A DNA stretch of 64,000 bases from Elusimicrobiota bacterium (GTDB lineage: Bacteria > Elusimicrobiota > Elusimicrobia > Elusimicrobiales > UBA9959): contig JAINCQ010000037.1 of the NCBI GenBank assembly GCA_036574205.1, positions 1 through 64,000 of the forward strand. Direction: 5' to 3'. Position numbers and translations under genes: made by a program. Shown here in pieces: positions 18,535 to 27,554 of this stretch. The notes under the pieces were generated by a model. It was not told the origin of the DNA, made no database searches, and saw nothing but the letters and a program-made list of their open reading frames with translations. Each line of letters begins with the position of its first letter. Position 1 is the stretch's first letter.

Positions 18535-19527
18535 TTATGGAACTTCTATAGATTCAAAAATTGTTTTTATTATAGTTTCAGTTGTGATCTCCTCAGCCTC
18601 GGCTTCATAGCTTAATAGTATCCTATGTCTTAAAACATCAAATCCAACGGATTTTATATCCTGGGGAGTTATATATGCTCTGCCAGCAATAAACGCGTAG
18701 GCTTTTGCAGCCTGTATAAGAAATATAGTGGCTCTTGGACTTGCTCCATATCTTATCCAGTTTTTTATATTATCTAGCTTGTAGTTTTGTGGAAATCTTG
18801 TCGCGTTTACTATATCAACTACATAAGATTTTATTTTATCGTCAACATATATCATATTTACAAGATTCCTGGCTGAAACTATTTTTGAGATATCTATTAT
18901 CTGGTTTGGCTTTGGAATATTTCCAGTAGTTATTGTGTCTATTATTTTTATTTCTTCTTCTTTAGAAGGATAGGTTATATTTACCTTGAGCATAAATCTA
19001 TCAACCTGCGCTTCGGGAAGAGGATAAGTCCCTTCCTGTTCAATTGGATTTTGCGTAGCCATTACAAGAAAAGGATCTGGAAGTTTGTATGTTGAATCTC
19101 CTATGGTTACCTGTCTTTCCTGCATGGCTTCAAGAAGAGCGCTTTGAACTTTTGCAGGAGCCCTGTTTATTTCATCAGCAAGAATTATATTTGCAAAAAC
19201 AGGCCCTTTTTTTATCATAAAATTTCCACTTCCCTGATGATATATTAGTGTTCCTGTTATATCCGCTGGAAGAAGATCCGGGGTAAACTGGATTCTTTGA
19301 AATTGAGCTTTCATTGTTTCAGCAAGAGTTTTGATTGTTGTTGTTTTTGCAAGACCCGGAAGCCCTTCCACTAAAACATGACCATTTGAGATAAGCGCGA
19401 CTATAAGAGCATTTACAAGATCTTGTTGACCTGATATAACCTTTGATATTTCACGTTTTATATCGGATATAAATATAGATTCTTCTTTTATTTTTTCTCC
19501 TAATTTTGATATTTCTACATTTTCCAT
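18535..19527 (-). CDS. moxR: MoxR-family AAA+ ATPase
   Basis: GLPGLAKT, RIQFTPDLLPAD, DEINRAPAKVQ and ATQNPIEQEGTYPLPEAQ motifs. Confidence 0.96.
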   Translation of the reverse strand: MENVEISKLGEKIKEESIFISDIKREISKVISGQQDLVNALIVALISNGHVLVEGLPGLAKTTTIKTLAETMKAQFQRIQFTPDLLPADITGTLIYHQGSGNFMIKKGPVFANIILADEINRAPAKVQSALLEAMQERQVTIGDSTYKLPDPFLVMATQNPIEQEGTYPLPEAQVDRFMLKVNITYPSKEEEIKIIDTITTGNIPKPNQIIDISKIVSARNLVNMIYVDDKIKSYVVDIVNATRFPQNYKLDNIKNWIRYGASPRATIFLIQAAKAYAFIAGRAYITPQDIKSVGFDVLRHRILLSYEAEAEEITTETIIKTIFESIEVP

Positions 19528-19639
19528 TTTATTCCTCCCTGTAAACTAATTAAGGATTTGACATTATTTATGTTCCACTCCAAACTATATTTTACAAAAA
19601 AACGAAACAGCTACTTATTATATTGGATTTTTCTGGGGA

Positions 19640-20491
19640 TTATTGTTCTGTAAAATTTGATATTTCAACTCTTGTTTTTCGCCAGTTTTTTGCTTTAGCG
19701 GTTATCGCAAATGTTTTTCCGTCACTTGCAAGTTCAAGTGAGCCTTCAGCTAACGTTTTTGAAATTTCGTATCTTACAGCTTTAATATTTCCGGTTAATT
19801 CTGCCAGCCTTTTTATATCATTTGTATAAAACCCATATTTTCTATAGTGAATCTCTTCAAGTTTTGCCAGTTTGGCAAGAGTTCTCTTTGCTTCATTAAT
19901 TTGTTTTTGTTCAGTTGGCGTTATTTTAAGAATTGTTTTATTTGCCCATTGTCCAATAAAAAATGCCATCAAACCCCATGACAAAACAAGTATTAGCCCT
20001 TCACTGAACATTGATTTTTGTCTTGTTTTTATAACAATGGTTGAAGCCATGATGTCATGTAAAGCCCTTTTGTTTTTATTAAATGCAGCAATTATATATC
20101 CTAAATTTAATGTCAGATAAGATCCTATAAAATACCCCAGTACCCTTATAAATGCCTTAAAAAAAGAAAGATTTTCTCCGTTTTTGTTTATAACTCTTAT
20201 TCCCATTATTTTTTTGCCAAGAGTAACTCTTCCACCAGATGTAAAAATAATTTCATAAATTATAAAAAGTGCTGTCCAGAAAATTTTCCATTTAATTTCA
20301 ACTGAATGTGAATTTATTACATAATTATATTTTATAGCGTATGTAAGGGTATAATAAGCTGGAAAAATAAATAAAAAAACATCTATAAGATATGCTATAA
20401 ACCTTTCATTAAACCCGGCTATTTCATAGACTTTCTCTTCATCAGATTTGTCTTTTTTAAGATCGTTCAAATCCAAATCCATTTCATTCAT
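19640..20491 (-). CDS. RDD-family membrane protein with a C-terminal type IV pilin-like domain
   Basis: RFIAYLID, TLGKKIMGIRV and RALHD (RDD); EAKRTLAKLAKLEEIHY...YTNDI...FAITAKA (PilE-like). Confidence 0.75.
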   Translation of the reverse strand: MNEMDLDLNDLKKDKSDEEKVYEIAGFNERFIAYLIDVFLFIFPAYYTLTYAIKYNYVINSHSVEIKWKIFWTALFIIYEIIFTSGGRVTLGKKIMGIRVINKNGENLSFFKAFIRVLGYFIGSYLTLNLGYIIAAFNKNKRALHDIMASTIVIKTRQKSMFSEGLILVLSWGLMAFFIGQWANKTILKITPTEQKQINEAKRTLAKLAKLEEIHYRKYGFYTNDIKRLAELTGNIKAVRYEISKTLAEGSLELASDGKTFAITAKAKNWRKTRVEISNFTEQ

Positions 20492-20557
20492 AAATTATCC
20501 CTCCAAAACCTGATGGTTGTTATTCTTAGCTAATATTATATAAAATAAGAAATATTA

Positions 20558-20995
20558 TTAGCTATTTTGTTTTATCTGGCATTTTATACAGTATCTTGCA
20601 TAAGGAATTGCTTTTAAACGTTTAGCCCCTATACTATTTTTACACAACTCGCAGATCCCATAAGTTTTATTATCAATTTTCTTTAAAGCCAACTCTATAT
20701 CTTTAAGTATGGTTTTTTCGTTAGAAGATAAATCAAAAGTCGTTTCTTTTTCAACTGTATGTTCTACATCATCCATCTCATCACCTATATCTCGACTCAT
20801 ATCATATTCTGCCTGACTTTTTATATTAGAGAGAATGTTATCTCTCATTTTTATAAGTTCGTTTTTGATTGATTTTATATCAGACTCTGATAATTTTGAT
20901 TCCGTTTTTGTTTTTTTAGATATAACTTTTTTTACAGCGCTTTTTTTAGAGGACTGTTTTTTGTTCTTGACTGTAAGTTTTTTGCCTTTTTCCAT
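20558..20995 (-). CDS. dksA: DksA/TraR C4 zinc-finger protein
   Basis: Coiled coil with a DEMD tip; YGICELC...RLKAIPYARYCIKC. Confidence 0.88.
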   Translation of the reverse strand: MEKGKKLTVKNKKQSSKKSAVKKVISKKTKTESKLSESDIKSIKNELIKMRDNILSNIKSQAEYDMSRDIGDEMDDVEHTVEKETTFDLSSNEKTILKDIELALKKIDNKTYGICELCKNSIGAKRLKAIPYARYCIKCQIKQNS

Positions 20996-21014
20996 ATTGT
21001 CTCCTTTTTATTCT

Positions 21015-21971
21015 CTAATACCTTGATGTGGAAAAAAATATTGGTTTTTTTTCTGTTATTACCCTTTTGTTTTCATTAATAGCGTTATTAATATAGCTTG
21101 GAATATTGAAAAGAGTAGAGATTGTTTGTTCGCTTACAAATTTGGGTTTATTTATAAAATATTTATCTATTTTATTTTTAATTTTTTTAAGTGAAAAATT
21201 ATGTATATTCGAATCCGATGCGATTATATAATTCCAGGGCATATCATAACTTGGTATAAAATAACTATAAACCCCTACATTTTTAAAAACCATAGAAATA
21301 GTTTTATAAATAGCTGGTGTAAGGTTTAATTGTAGAATATGGCCAGGTCCTGCCTGCATTGCAAATATACCATTATTATTAAGGCGTTTTTTTAGTTTTT
21401 TGTAAAATTCAAATGTATATAAATTATAAGCTGGACCACCTTCTATTGGACTTGGAAGATCTGAATATATTATGTCAAATTTAAGTTCTGTATTTTCAAT
21501 AAATTTTCTGGCATCTTGAATTAGAAGAATAGCTCTTTTATCATCAAAGCTTCCTTTATGCCAGCTTCTGAGATATCGTTTGGCAAATTTTATTATATTA
21601 TGATCTATATCCACCATTATCACTTTATTTGTATTCTTATAATTTAAAACCTCTCTTAATGTTGCCCCCTCTCCCCCACCAAGTATTGCAAAGTTTTTAG
21701 GATTTTTATGTATCAATATTGCTGGTATAACAAGTGACTCATGATATATAAATTCGTCAAGTTCGCTGGATTGTGTCTCTCTGTCTATTATCAAAACCTT
21801 TCCAAAAGAATAAGTTTCAACAAGAGTAGCAGTCTGAAACTCAGTTTTATAAGAAACTATATGCCTTTTTATCTGGTGAGCGTGAAATTCTCCTTTTGTG
21901 AAGTATTCCACAAACCATTCACCTTTTGGAAAATTATCATGGTTTGTTTTAATCCATTTCAATTTAGTCAT
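21015..21971 (-). CDS. speE: Polyamine aminopropyltransferase (SpeE family)
   Basis: DEFIYHESL, GGGEGATLRE and VDID motifs; coupled to speD. Confidence 0.9.
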   Translation of the reverse strand: MTKLKWIKTNHDNFPKGEWFVEYFTKGEFHAHQIKRHIVSYKTEFQTATLVETYSFGKVLIIDRETQSSELDEFIYHESLVIPAILIHKNPKNFAILGGGEGATLREVLNYKNTNKVIMVDIDHNIIKFAKRYLRSWHKGSFDDKRAILLIQDARKFIENTELKFDIIYSDLPSPIEGGPAYNLYTFEFYKKLKKRLNNNGIFAMQAGPGHILQLNLTPAIYKTISMVFKNVGVYSYFIPSYDMPWNYIIASDSNIHNFSLKKIKNKIDKYFINKPKFVSEQTISTLFNIPSYINNAINENKRVITEKKPIFFSTSRY

Positions 21972-22320
21972 CTAAGAGTATTCCTCTCTGCATTTTTGTG
22001 ACACTGAAATGTTTTGCCTTCATTCTTTTTTTTATTATTTTAAATGACTTCCATGGGTCTGAATGATCTCCACATGTAAAAAAATCAACAGATGCAAATT
22101 TATGTTCTGGCCATGTGTGTATTGATAGATGAGATTCTGCTACGACTATAACTCCTGAGACTCCATAGGGATTGAATTTATGGAAGATAGAGTCTATAAC
22201 TGTTGTATTCGCCTCTTTGGCGCATTGCATCATTACATCCTGAATGAAGTCAACATTTGACAAAAGCTTTGAATCACAGTCATATAGTTCTACTATTAAA
22301 TGTTTTCCAAGAGCTTTCAT
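21964..22320 (-). CDS. speD: S-adenosylmethionine decarboxylase proenzyme
   Basis: GKHL, AESHLSIHTWPE self-cleavage motif, DFFTCG. Confidence 0.93.
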   Translation of the reverse strand: MKALGKHLIVELYDCDSKLLSNVDFIQDVMMQCAKEANTTVIDSIFHKFNPYGVSGVIVVAESHLSIHTWPEHKFASVDFFTCGDHSDPWKSFKIIKKRMKAKHFSVTKMQRGILLDD

Positions 22321-22403
22321 AATATAATTATTTTATCATAATTTTTTTATTTTTTTCCCTCAGTAATTGCTTTAATCAAATATTTTTTTGTAAACTTTAT
22401 ATT

Positions 22404-23225
22404 ATGTGCAGGATGCTGGCAATAATATCAGATAGAGAAATAGATAAAGAAGCTATATTGTATCATCTTCTGAATTCGCCAAAATCTATTTTAAAGCAGT
22501 CAGCTTATAATGAAAAAAGGCTTCAGAAGGATGGATGGGGTATTGGTTTTTTTTCAGGTGAAAAAGCTAAGATTTTTAAGTCCCCTAATGCGGTTTATGA
22601 TGAACAAAATCTTCTAAGAGATAAATCCCTAAAAGCAAATTCAAAAATATTTATTGTTCATGTAAGAAATGCTTCAAATCCCAGAAAACTTCCACATAAA
22701 GAATTGATATCCTATTATAACACACAACCTTTTTCAGCTGGCAATATAATATTCGCTCATAATGGAACATTGTCTATAGTTGATGAGATATACTCAAATC
22801 TTGGTAGTTATTCAAAGTATGTTCGCGGAGTAAATGACAGTGAAATATTGTTCTGGAATTTTATAAAGCATCTTGATTCTTATGGAGATATAAAAAAAGC
22901 ATTGATTATGGTAAGGGATGAGATAAATACTGTCTGGGTTTCTGTCAGAAAAGACTATTCTGATATAAATACTCCATATAAAGGGTTGAATATATTTGTG
23001 TCTGATGGAAAGTCTTTTTATGCGCTTTGTGATTTTGCTATGAAGAAAGAAATTTACTCTATTATGACGCCTGGATGGGAATATGGAAAAATGGCTTTAA
23101 AAAGAGAAAATAAAATGGTTATAATATCAAGTGAGCCTACTGATAATTCAAAATGGACTAAGATAGACAATTTGAGTGTTATAGAAGTTAATAACTTATC
23201 TATTAAATTATCAAAAGTGGGGTAA
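22404..23225 (+). CDS. Class II (Ntn) glutamine amidotransferase-like protein
   Basis: N-terminal MCR, DGWGIG, HVRNAS, FAHNG and DSE motifs. Confidence 0.88.
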   Translation: MCRMLAIISDREIDKEAILYHLLNSPKSILKQSAYNEKRLQKDGWGIGFFSGEKAKIFKSPNAVYDEQNLLRDKSLKANSKIFIVHVRNASNPRKLPHKELISYYNTQPFSAGNIIFAHNGTLSIVDEIYSNLGSYSKYVRGVNDSEILFWNFIKHLDSYGDIKKALIMVRDEINTVWVSVRKDYSDINTPYKGLNIFVSDGKSFYALCDFAMKKEIYSIMTPGWEYGKMALKRENKMVIISSEPTDNSKWTKIDNLSVIEVNNLSIKLSKVG

Positions 23226-23229
23226 GTTT

Positions 23230-23856
23230 ATGTTTAGAACTTTTATTCTTTTGTTAGTATTTGTTGGTGGGATTTATCTTTTGATTCATCAAAGAAAAGA
23301 GCAAAAAATGGAACAACAAAGGCTTGCTGAAATAAAAAGACAAGAAATAAAAGAAATAGACCCTACTTTACCAGAGATGGTTGCTAATGAGTATATGCTT
23401 AGTTTTTCTAAACAGACTATAGAGACATTAAAATTCCTTGTTTCTGATACTAATGAAAATGTTAGATTTTCAGCTATTGAACTTTTATGGCAGCTTAAAG
23501 ATAAAAGTATTCCAAAAATAATAAGAAAAAGTTTTGATTCAGAATCGGAGTCAGCGATAAAAGTAAAAATTGTGGAGATGCTTTCCAAAGAAAAATCCAA
23601 ACTTTCTCTTCATCTTATTGCTTATGCTCTCAATAATTACGATAAACAAACCAAAATAAGGGCTTGCGAGGTCCTTGGAGATTTTATAGACAAGGAAACA
23701 ATAAATCTTTTAACTCCGGCCTTAAAAGATTATGATGAAGATGTGAAAATAAAAGCGCTTGAGTCTATAAATAAAGTCAAAAAAGCAATAGAGCAACACA
23801 GGGAACAAAAGGTAAAAGAGATATTTGAGCCCAAGCCGGTTTTTAAAATAGAATAA
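23230..23856 (+). CDS. Membrane-anchored HEAT-repeat protein
   Basis: N-terminal TM; repeats of the type ENVRFSAIELL and DEDVKIKALESI. Confidence 0.75.
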   Translation: MFRTFILLLVFVGGIYLLIHQRKEQKMEQQRLAEIKRQEIKEIDPTLPEMVANEYMLSFSKQTIETLKFLVSDTNENVRFSAIELLWQLKDKSIPKIIRKSFDSESESAIKVKIVEMLSKEKSKLSLHLIAYALNNYDKQTKIRACEVLGDFIDKETINLLTPALKDYDEDVKIKALESINKVKKAIEQHREQKVKEIFEPKPVFKIE

Positions 23857-23992
23857 GGTTCACTAAAAAGAATAAGTATATAAAATAGTAAAAATTAAAT
23901 ACCTGATTAATTAATATTATTTATTTATTACTTTTTTACCTGATTTTTTTCAGAAATATATTTTCAGCAAGTGGTATTTAGATAGTTTTTAT

Positions 23993-24793
23993 ATGTTTAA
24001 TTTTTTCCAAAAAAAAATAATTTGTGGTATTTTAAATATTACCCCTGATTCTTTTTCTGATGGTGGGCTTTATAATACTTTGCCTAAAGCGCTTAAAAGA
24101 GCTGAAGAGATGATAGATGAGGGGGCAAGCTGGATTGATATAGGTGGACAATCATCAAGGCCATTTTCTGAACCTATAAGCGAAGAAGAAGAGTTAAATA
24201 GGATTTTACCTGTTATTTCTGGCGTAAAAAAATTAAAAAAAGATATTATTATTTCAGTTGATACATATTATCCTGTTGTTGCGGATAGAGCAATTGAGGC
24301 TGGCGCTGATATAATAAATGATATAACCGGCGTTAGGAATCAGAATATGGCGGATATTATTTTAAAGCGCAGAAAGCCAGTTGTAATAATGCATATGAAA
24401 GGAACGCCCAGGGATATGCAAGTTAATCCTTATTATGATGATCTAATAGGTGAGATTTATGAGTTTTTTTACGATAGGATAAGATTTTTAAATTCAAAAG
24501 GATTTAGAGATATAATACTGGATCCAGGTATAGGCTTTGGTAAAACTGTTGAGCATAACATTTTAATTTTAAAAAATCTCAAGCAATTCAGACGATTGGG
24601 CTATCCCATTATGATAGGACCTTCAAGAAAATCATTTATAGGAAGCATCTGTGGAGAAAAAGATCCTAAAAAGAGAGTCAGTGGAACTATTGCAACCTGT
24701 CTTTTTTGCTATGATAGTGCGGATATATTCAGAGTTCATGATGTATATGATTTAAGACAGGCTTTTTCAATTTTTGAAGAACTTAAAAAATGA
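23993..24793 (+). CDS. folP: Dihydropteroate synthase
   Basis: GILNITPDSFSDGG, MHMKG, DPGIGFGK, SRKSF and RVHDV motifs. Confidence 0.96.
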   Translation: MFNFFQKKIICGILNITPDSFSDGGLYNTLPKALKRAEEMIDEGASWIDIGGQSSRPFSEPISEEEELNRILPVISGVKKLKKDIIISVDTYYPVVADRAIEAGADIINDITGVRNQNMADIILKRRKPVVIMHMKGTPRDMQVNPYYDDLIGEIYEFFYDRIRFLNSKGFRDIILDPGIGFGKTVEHNILILKNLKQFRRLGYPIMIGPSRKSFIGSICGEKDPKKRVSGTIATCLFCYDSADIFRVHDVYDLRQAFSIFEELKK

Positions 24794-26484
24794 TTTATTC
24801 TTTCATCTCAATAGGGACAAACATCGGAGATAGAATTTATAATATAAAAAAAGCGATAGATTTTATATCGCAAAAGAATCAAATAATAGATATTTCCTCT
24901 TTATATATAACAAAGCCTATGTATTATTTAAATCAACCTTATTTTATAAATTGCGCTATCAAGATAAAAACGTCTTTGTCACCCTATAATCTTCTTAATT
25001 TTATCCTGGAGATTGAAAATAAAATGGGCAGGAAAAGGAGTTTTAAAAATTCACCGAGAATAATAGATCTTGATTTAATATATTATGGAGATTTGATTAT
25101 AAAAAGCAAAAAACTTTTTATTCCACATCCAAAATTATATGAAAGGGCTTTTGTTCTTATTCCTTTATCAGACATAGATAAGAATTTTTTAGATCCGCTT
25201 AAAAATAAAAAAATTGGAGATTTAGTAAAAAATTTGAGTTTTAATAACGATGAAATATTAAAGATTCCATCCAATTTTAAAGAAACTTTAAATTTTATTT
25301 CAAAAATTCCTCCAAGAAACGCTAATGATTTTAATACAAAATACATTAAAAAAACTATAAAGTTGCTTGGAACTTCTCAAAATGATTGTGGAAAAGTTAT
25401 TCATATAACAGGTTCATGCGGAAAAACTGCAACCGCTTTCTATATTGCAAAATTAATTCAAAGACTTGGATATAATGTTTGTATTTATACAAGTCCGCAT
25501 ATAATGGATATAAGAGAAAGAATTATTTTTAATGGAAAGAAGATTCCTAAAAAAATTTTTTATAAAAAAATTATTAAGGTAATCTCAGTAGCTCAATATT
25601 TGCATTCTTCATTTGAGTATATGACATTGATTGCTATAGACTGGTTTTCAGAGTTAAAACCAGATTTTTCAATCATTGAAGTTGGCATGGGAGGAAAAAA
25701 CGATGCTACAAATATATTTGAAAAAAGTATTTCTGTTTTTACATCAATAACATTAGAACATAGTAACTGGCTTGGAAAAAATATTGAAGAGATAGCAAAA
25801 AATAAATCCGGGATAATAAAAAGCGGAAGTTTTGTTTTTATTTCTGGATTTAATGAAAAGAAAGTGATTGAAGTGATAAAGAATATTGCAGATGCAAAAA
25901 AATGTGTTACTTATATATTTAACAGAAAAAACCTGATTGAAAATTCAAAAACAAATTCTTTTAAAAATATTAATCTTTCCTATGCTTTCTTTATTGTTAA
26001 AAAGTTACTAAATAAACTTCCTTCTTCTTTCATTATACCTCAGCTTCCTGCAAGACAAAAAGTTTTATCTTATAATGGAATAAAGTTTTTTTTCGATGGA
26101 GCTCATACAACTCTTTCAATGAAAATACTTTTAGAATATTTAAAAAAATTAGATTATAGAATTTGCCTGGCTTCTTTTTTAAAAGATAAAAGTCATAAAG
26201 ATATTATAAATCTGATTTTAGAATCTGGAATTTTTGATAAAGTAATTCTTGTTAAAGGTACTTCCCAGAGGACTTTTAACCCTTACGATTATAGAGGCAT
26301 TTCAAATGTAAAAATCTTTTCAAATCAGTTAAATGCTTTAAATTTTGCCCTTTCTTTTAAAAAAAACATAGTAGTTACTGGAAGCCTTTATTTTTGCGCC
26401 GATATCCTTGCTTTAATTAACGGTAAAAAGCCTTTACATCTTTTAGAACTTGCTATAGATCCTCAAAAACTAATAGCCAATTAA
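24790..26484 (+). CDS. folK: FolK (HPPK) - FolC (folylpolyglutamate synthase-like) fusion
   Basis: GTNIGD, PRIIDLDL, IPHP and ERAFVL (FolK); HITGSCGK, YTSPH, EVGMGG..DATN, DGAH and VTGSLY (FolC). Confidence 0.88.
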   Translation: MIYSFISIGTNIGDRIYNIKKAIDFISQKNQIIDISSLYITKPMYYLNQPYFINCAIKIKTSLSPYNLLNFILEIENKMGRKRSFKNSPRIIDLDLIYYGDLIIKSKKLFIPHPKLYERAFVLIPLSDIDKNFLDPLKNKKIGDLVKNLSFNNDEILKIPSNFKETLNFISKIPPRNANDFNTKYIKKTIKLLGTSQNDCGKVIHITGSCGKTATAFYIAKLIQRLGYNVCIYTSPHIMDIRERIIFNGKKIPKKIFYKKIIKVISVAQYLHSSFEYMTLIAIDWFSELKPDFSIIEVGMGGKNDATNIFEKSISVFTSITLEHSNWLGKNIEEIAKNKSGIIKSGSFVFISGFNEKKVIEVIKNIADAKKCVTYIFNRKNLIENSKTNSFKNINLSYAFFIVKKLLNKLPSSFIIPQLPARQKVLSYNGIKFFFDGAHTTLSMKILLEYLKKLDYRICLASFLKDKSHKDIINLILESGIFDKVILVKGTSQRTFNPYDYRGISNVKIFSNQLNALNFALSFKKNIVVTGSLYFCADILALINGKKPLHLLELAIDPQKLIAN

Positions 26485-26544
26485 AATCAAGTATTTAAAT
26501 AATCTAGTTATTGTTTGTGTTTTGTTAAATCTATATGATATGTC

Positions 26545-27552
26545 TTATTCTGCTTTTGCTTTTGGTATATGGGTGTATATAGATTTTTCTTTTCTATCAA
26601 AAACCGGTTGTTTTATAGGAAAGTCAAAAGAAATGGATATATTATGTGTGTTCCCCAGATCTTTCATTTGCGCAAAGGAATAGTCTATGCTTAAAAATTT
26701 AAGATTTAATCCAAACCCAAAAGAAAATCCTCCAACATCGTTTCTTGATTTCTGGGTGTTTAACCCCCCTCGTATTAGAAAAGATGTATTTTCGCTTGTT
26801 TTAAGAGTTAGTTCTCCCCCTAAGTTTATGTAAAGGCTGTCATTTTTTGGAAGAACCAAATCCGTCGCAAGTAAAAGATTTGGGAAAGGATATATTGCTC
26901 CGCCTATTTTAAATTTAAGTGTTATAGGAACAGATTCTTCATCGTATCTTAAACCGCTTCCAAGATTTTGCATAAGAAAGCTTAATTTATAAGGTATATA
27001 TGCAAATTTATATGCTCTTATCCCGAGATCAAAAGCTGTTGCCTTTGCGTTATGGTATATCCTGGAGTTTATATATTTATAGGCTATTCCCATGGAGACA
27101 TCAGTTTCTCTATCTGAAAATTCCGTTATTCCTCTTGAATATCCTAAGGTTATAACAGTATCTTTAGGCGAAAATTTCCCTATTATACTCTGGTTTATAT
27201 CAGTATGTTCTATGGTCCCGATTTCATTCATAAACGCTGATATAGCTATAACTGAATCATAGCTTAATCTCTGGGCATATGATATAAAATGGTAATTTAT
27301 ATCTTCAACATATTGAGTTCGTGAAAGCATTATTGAAAAACGAGGTATCTCCATAAGTCCAGCTGGATTTGAGTATATGGCTGAGGCGTCGTCTATAACA
27401 GCAGATTGCGCGCTCCCCATAGCTATAGCTCTTGGGTTTATATCAAGATTTAAAAAATCCCCTGAAGTTATTCCCTTTGAATCTCCAGAAAAATAATCAC
27501 TAGCATTTAAACTTTCTAAAGCAATTATCAATATTGTTATAATCTTTATCAT
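26545..27552 (-). CDS. PorV/UPF0164-like outer-membrane beta-barrel protein
   Basis: Signal peptide, FL...PRAIAMGSA...AIYSNPAGL plug motif, amphipathic strands, DYSF...LGNTH C-terminal motif. Confidence 0.8.
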   Translation of the reverse strand: MIKIITILIIALESLNASDYFSGDSKGITSGDFLNLDINPRAIAMGSAQSAVIDDASAIYSNPAGLMEIPRFSIMLSRTQYVEDINYHFISYAQRLSYDSVIAISAFMNEIGTIEHTDINQSIIGKFSPKDTVITLGYSRGITEFSDRETDVSMGIAYKYINSRIYHNAKATAFDLGIRAYKFAYIPYKLSFLMQNLGSGLRYDEESVPITLKFKIGGAIYPFPNLLLATDLVLPKNDSLYINLGGELTLKTSENTSFLIRGGLNTQKSRNDVGGFSFGFGLNLKFLSIDYSFAQMKDLGNTHNISISFDFPIKQPVFDRKEKSIYTHIPKAKAE

Positions 27553-27554
27553 AA

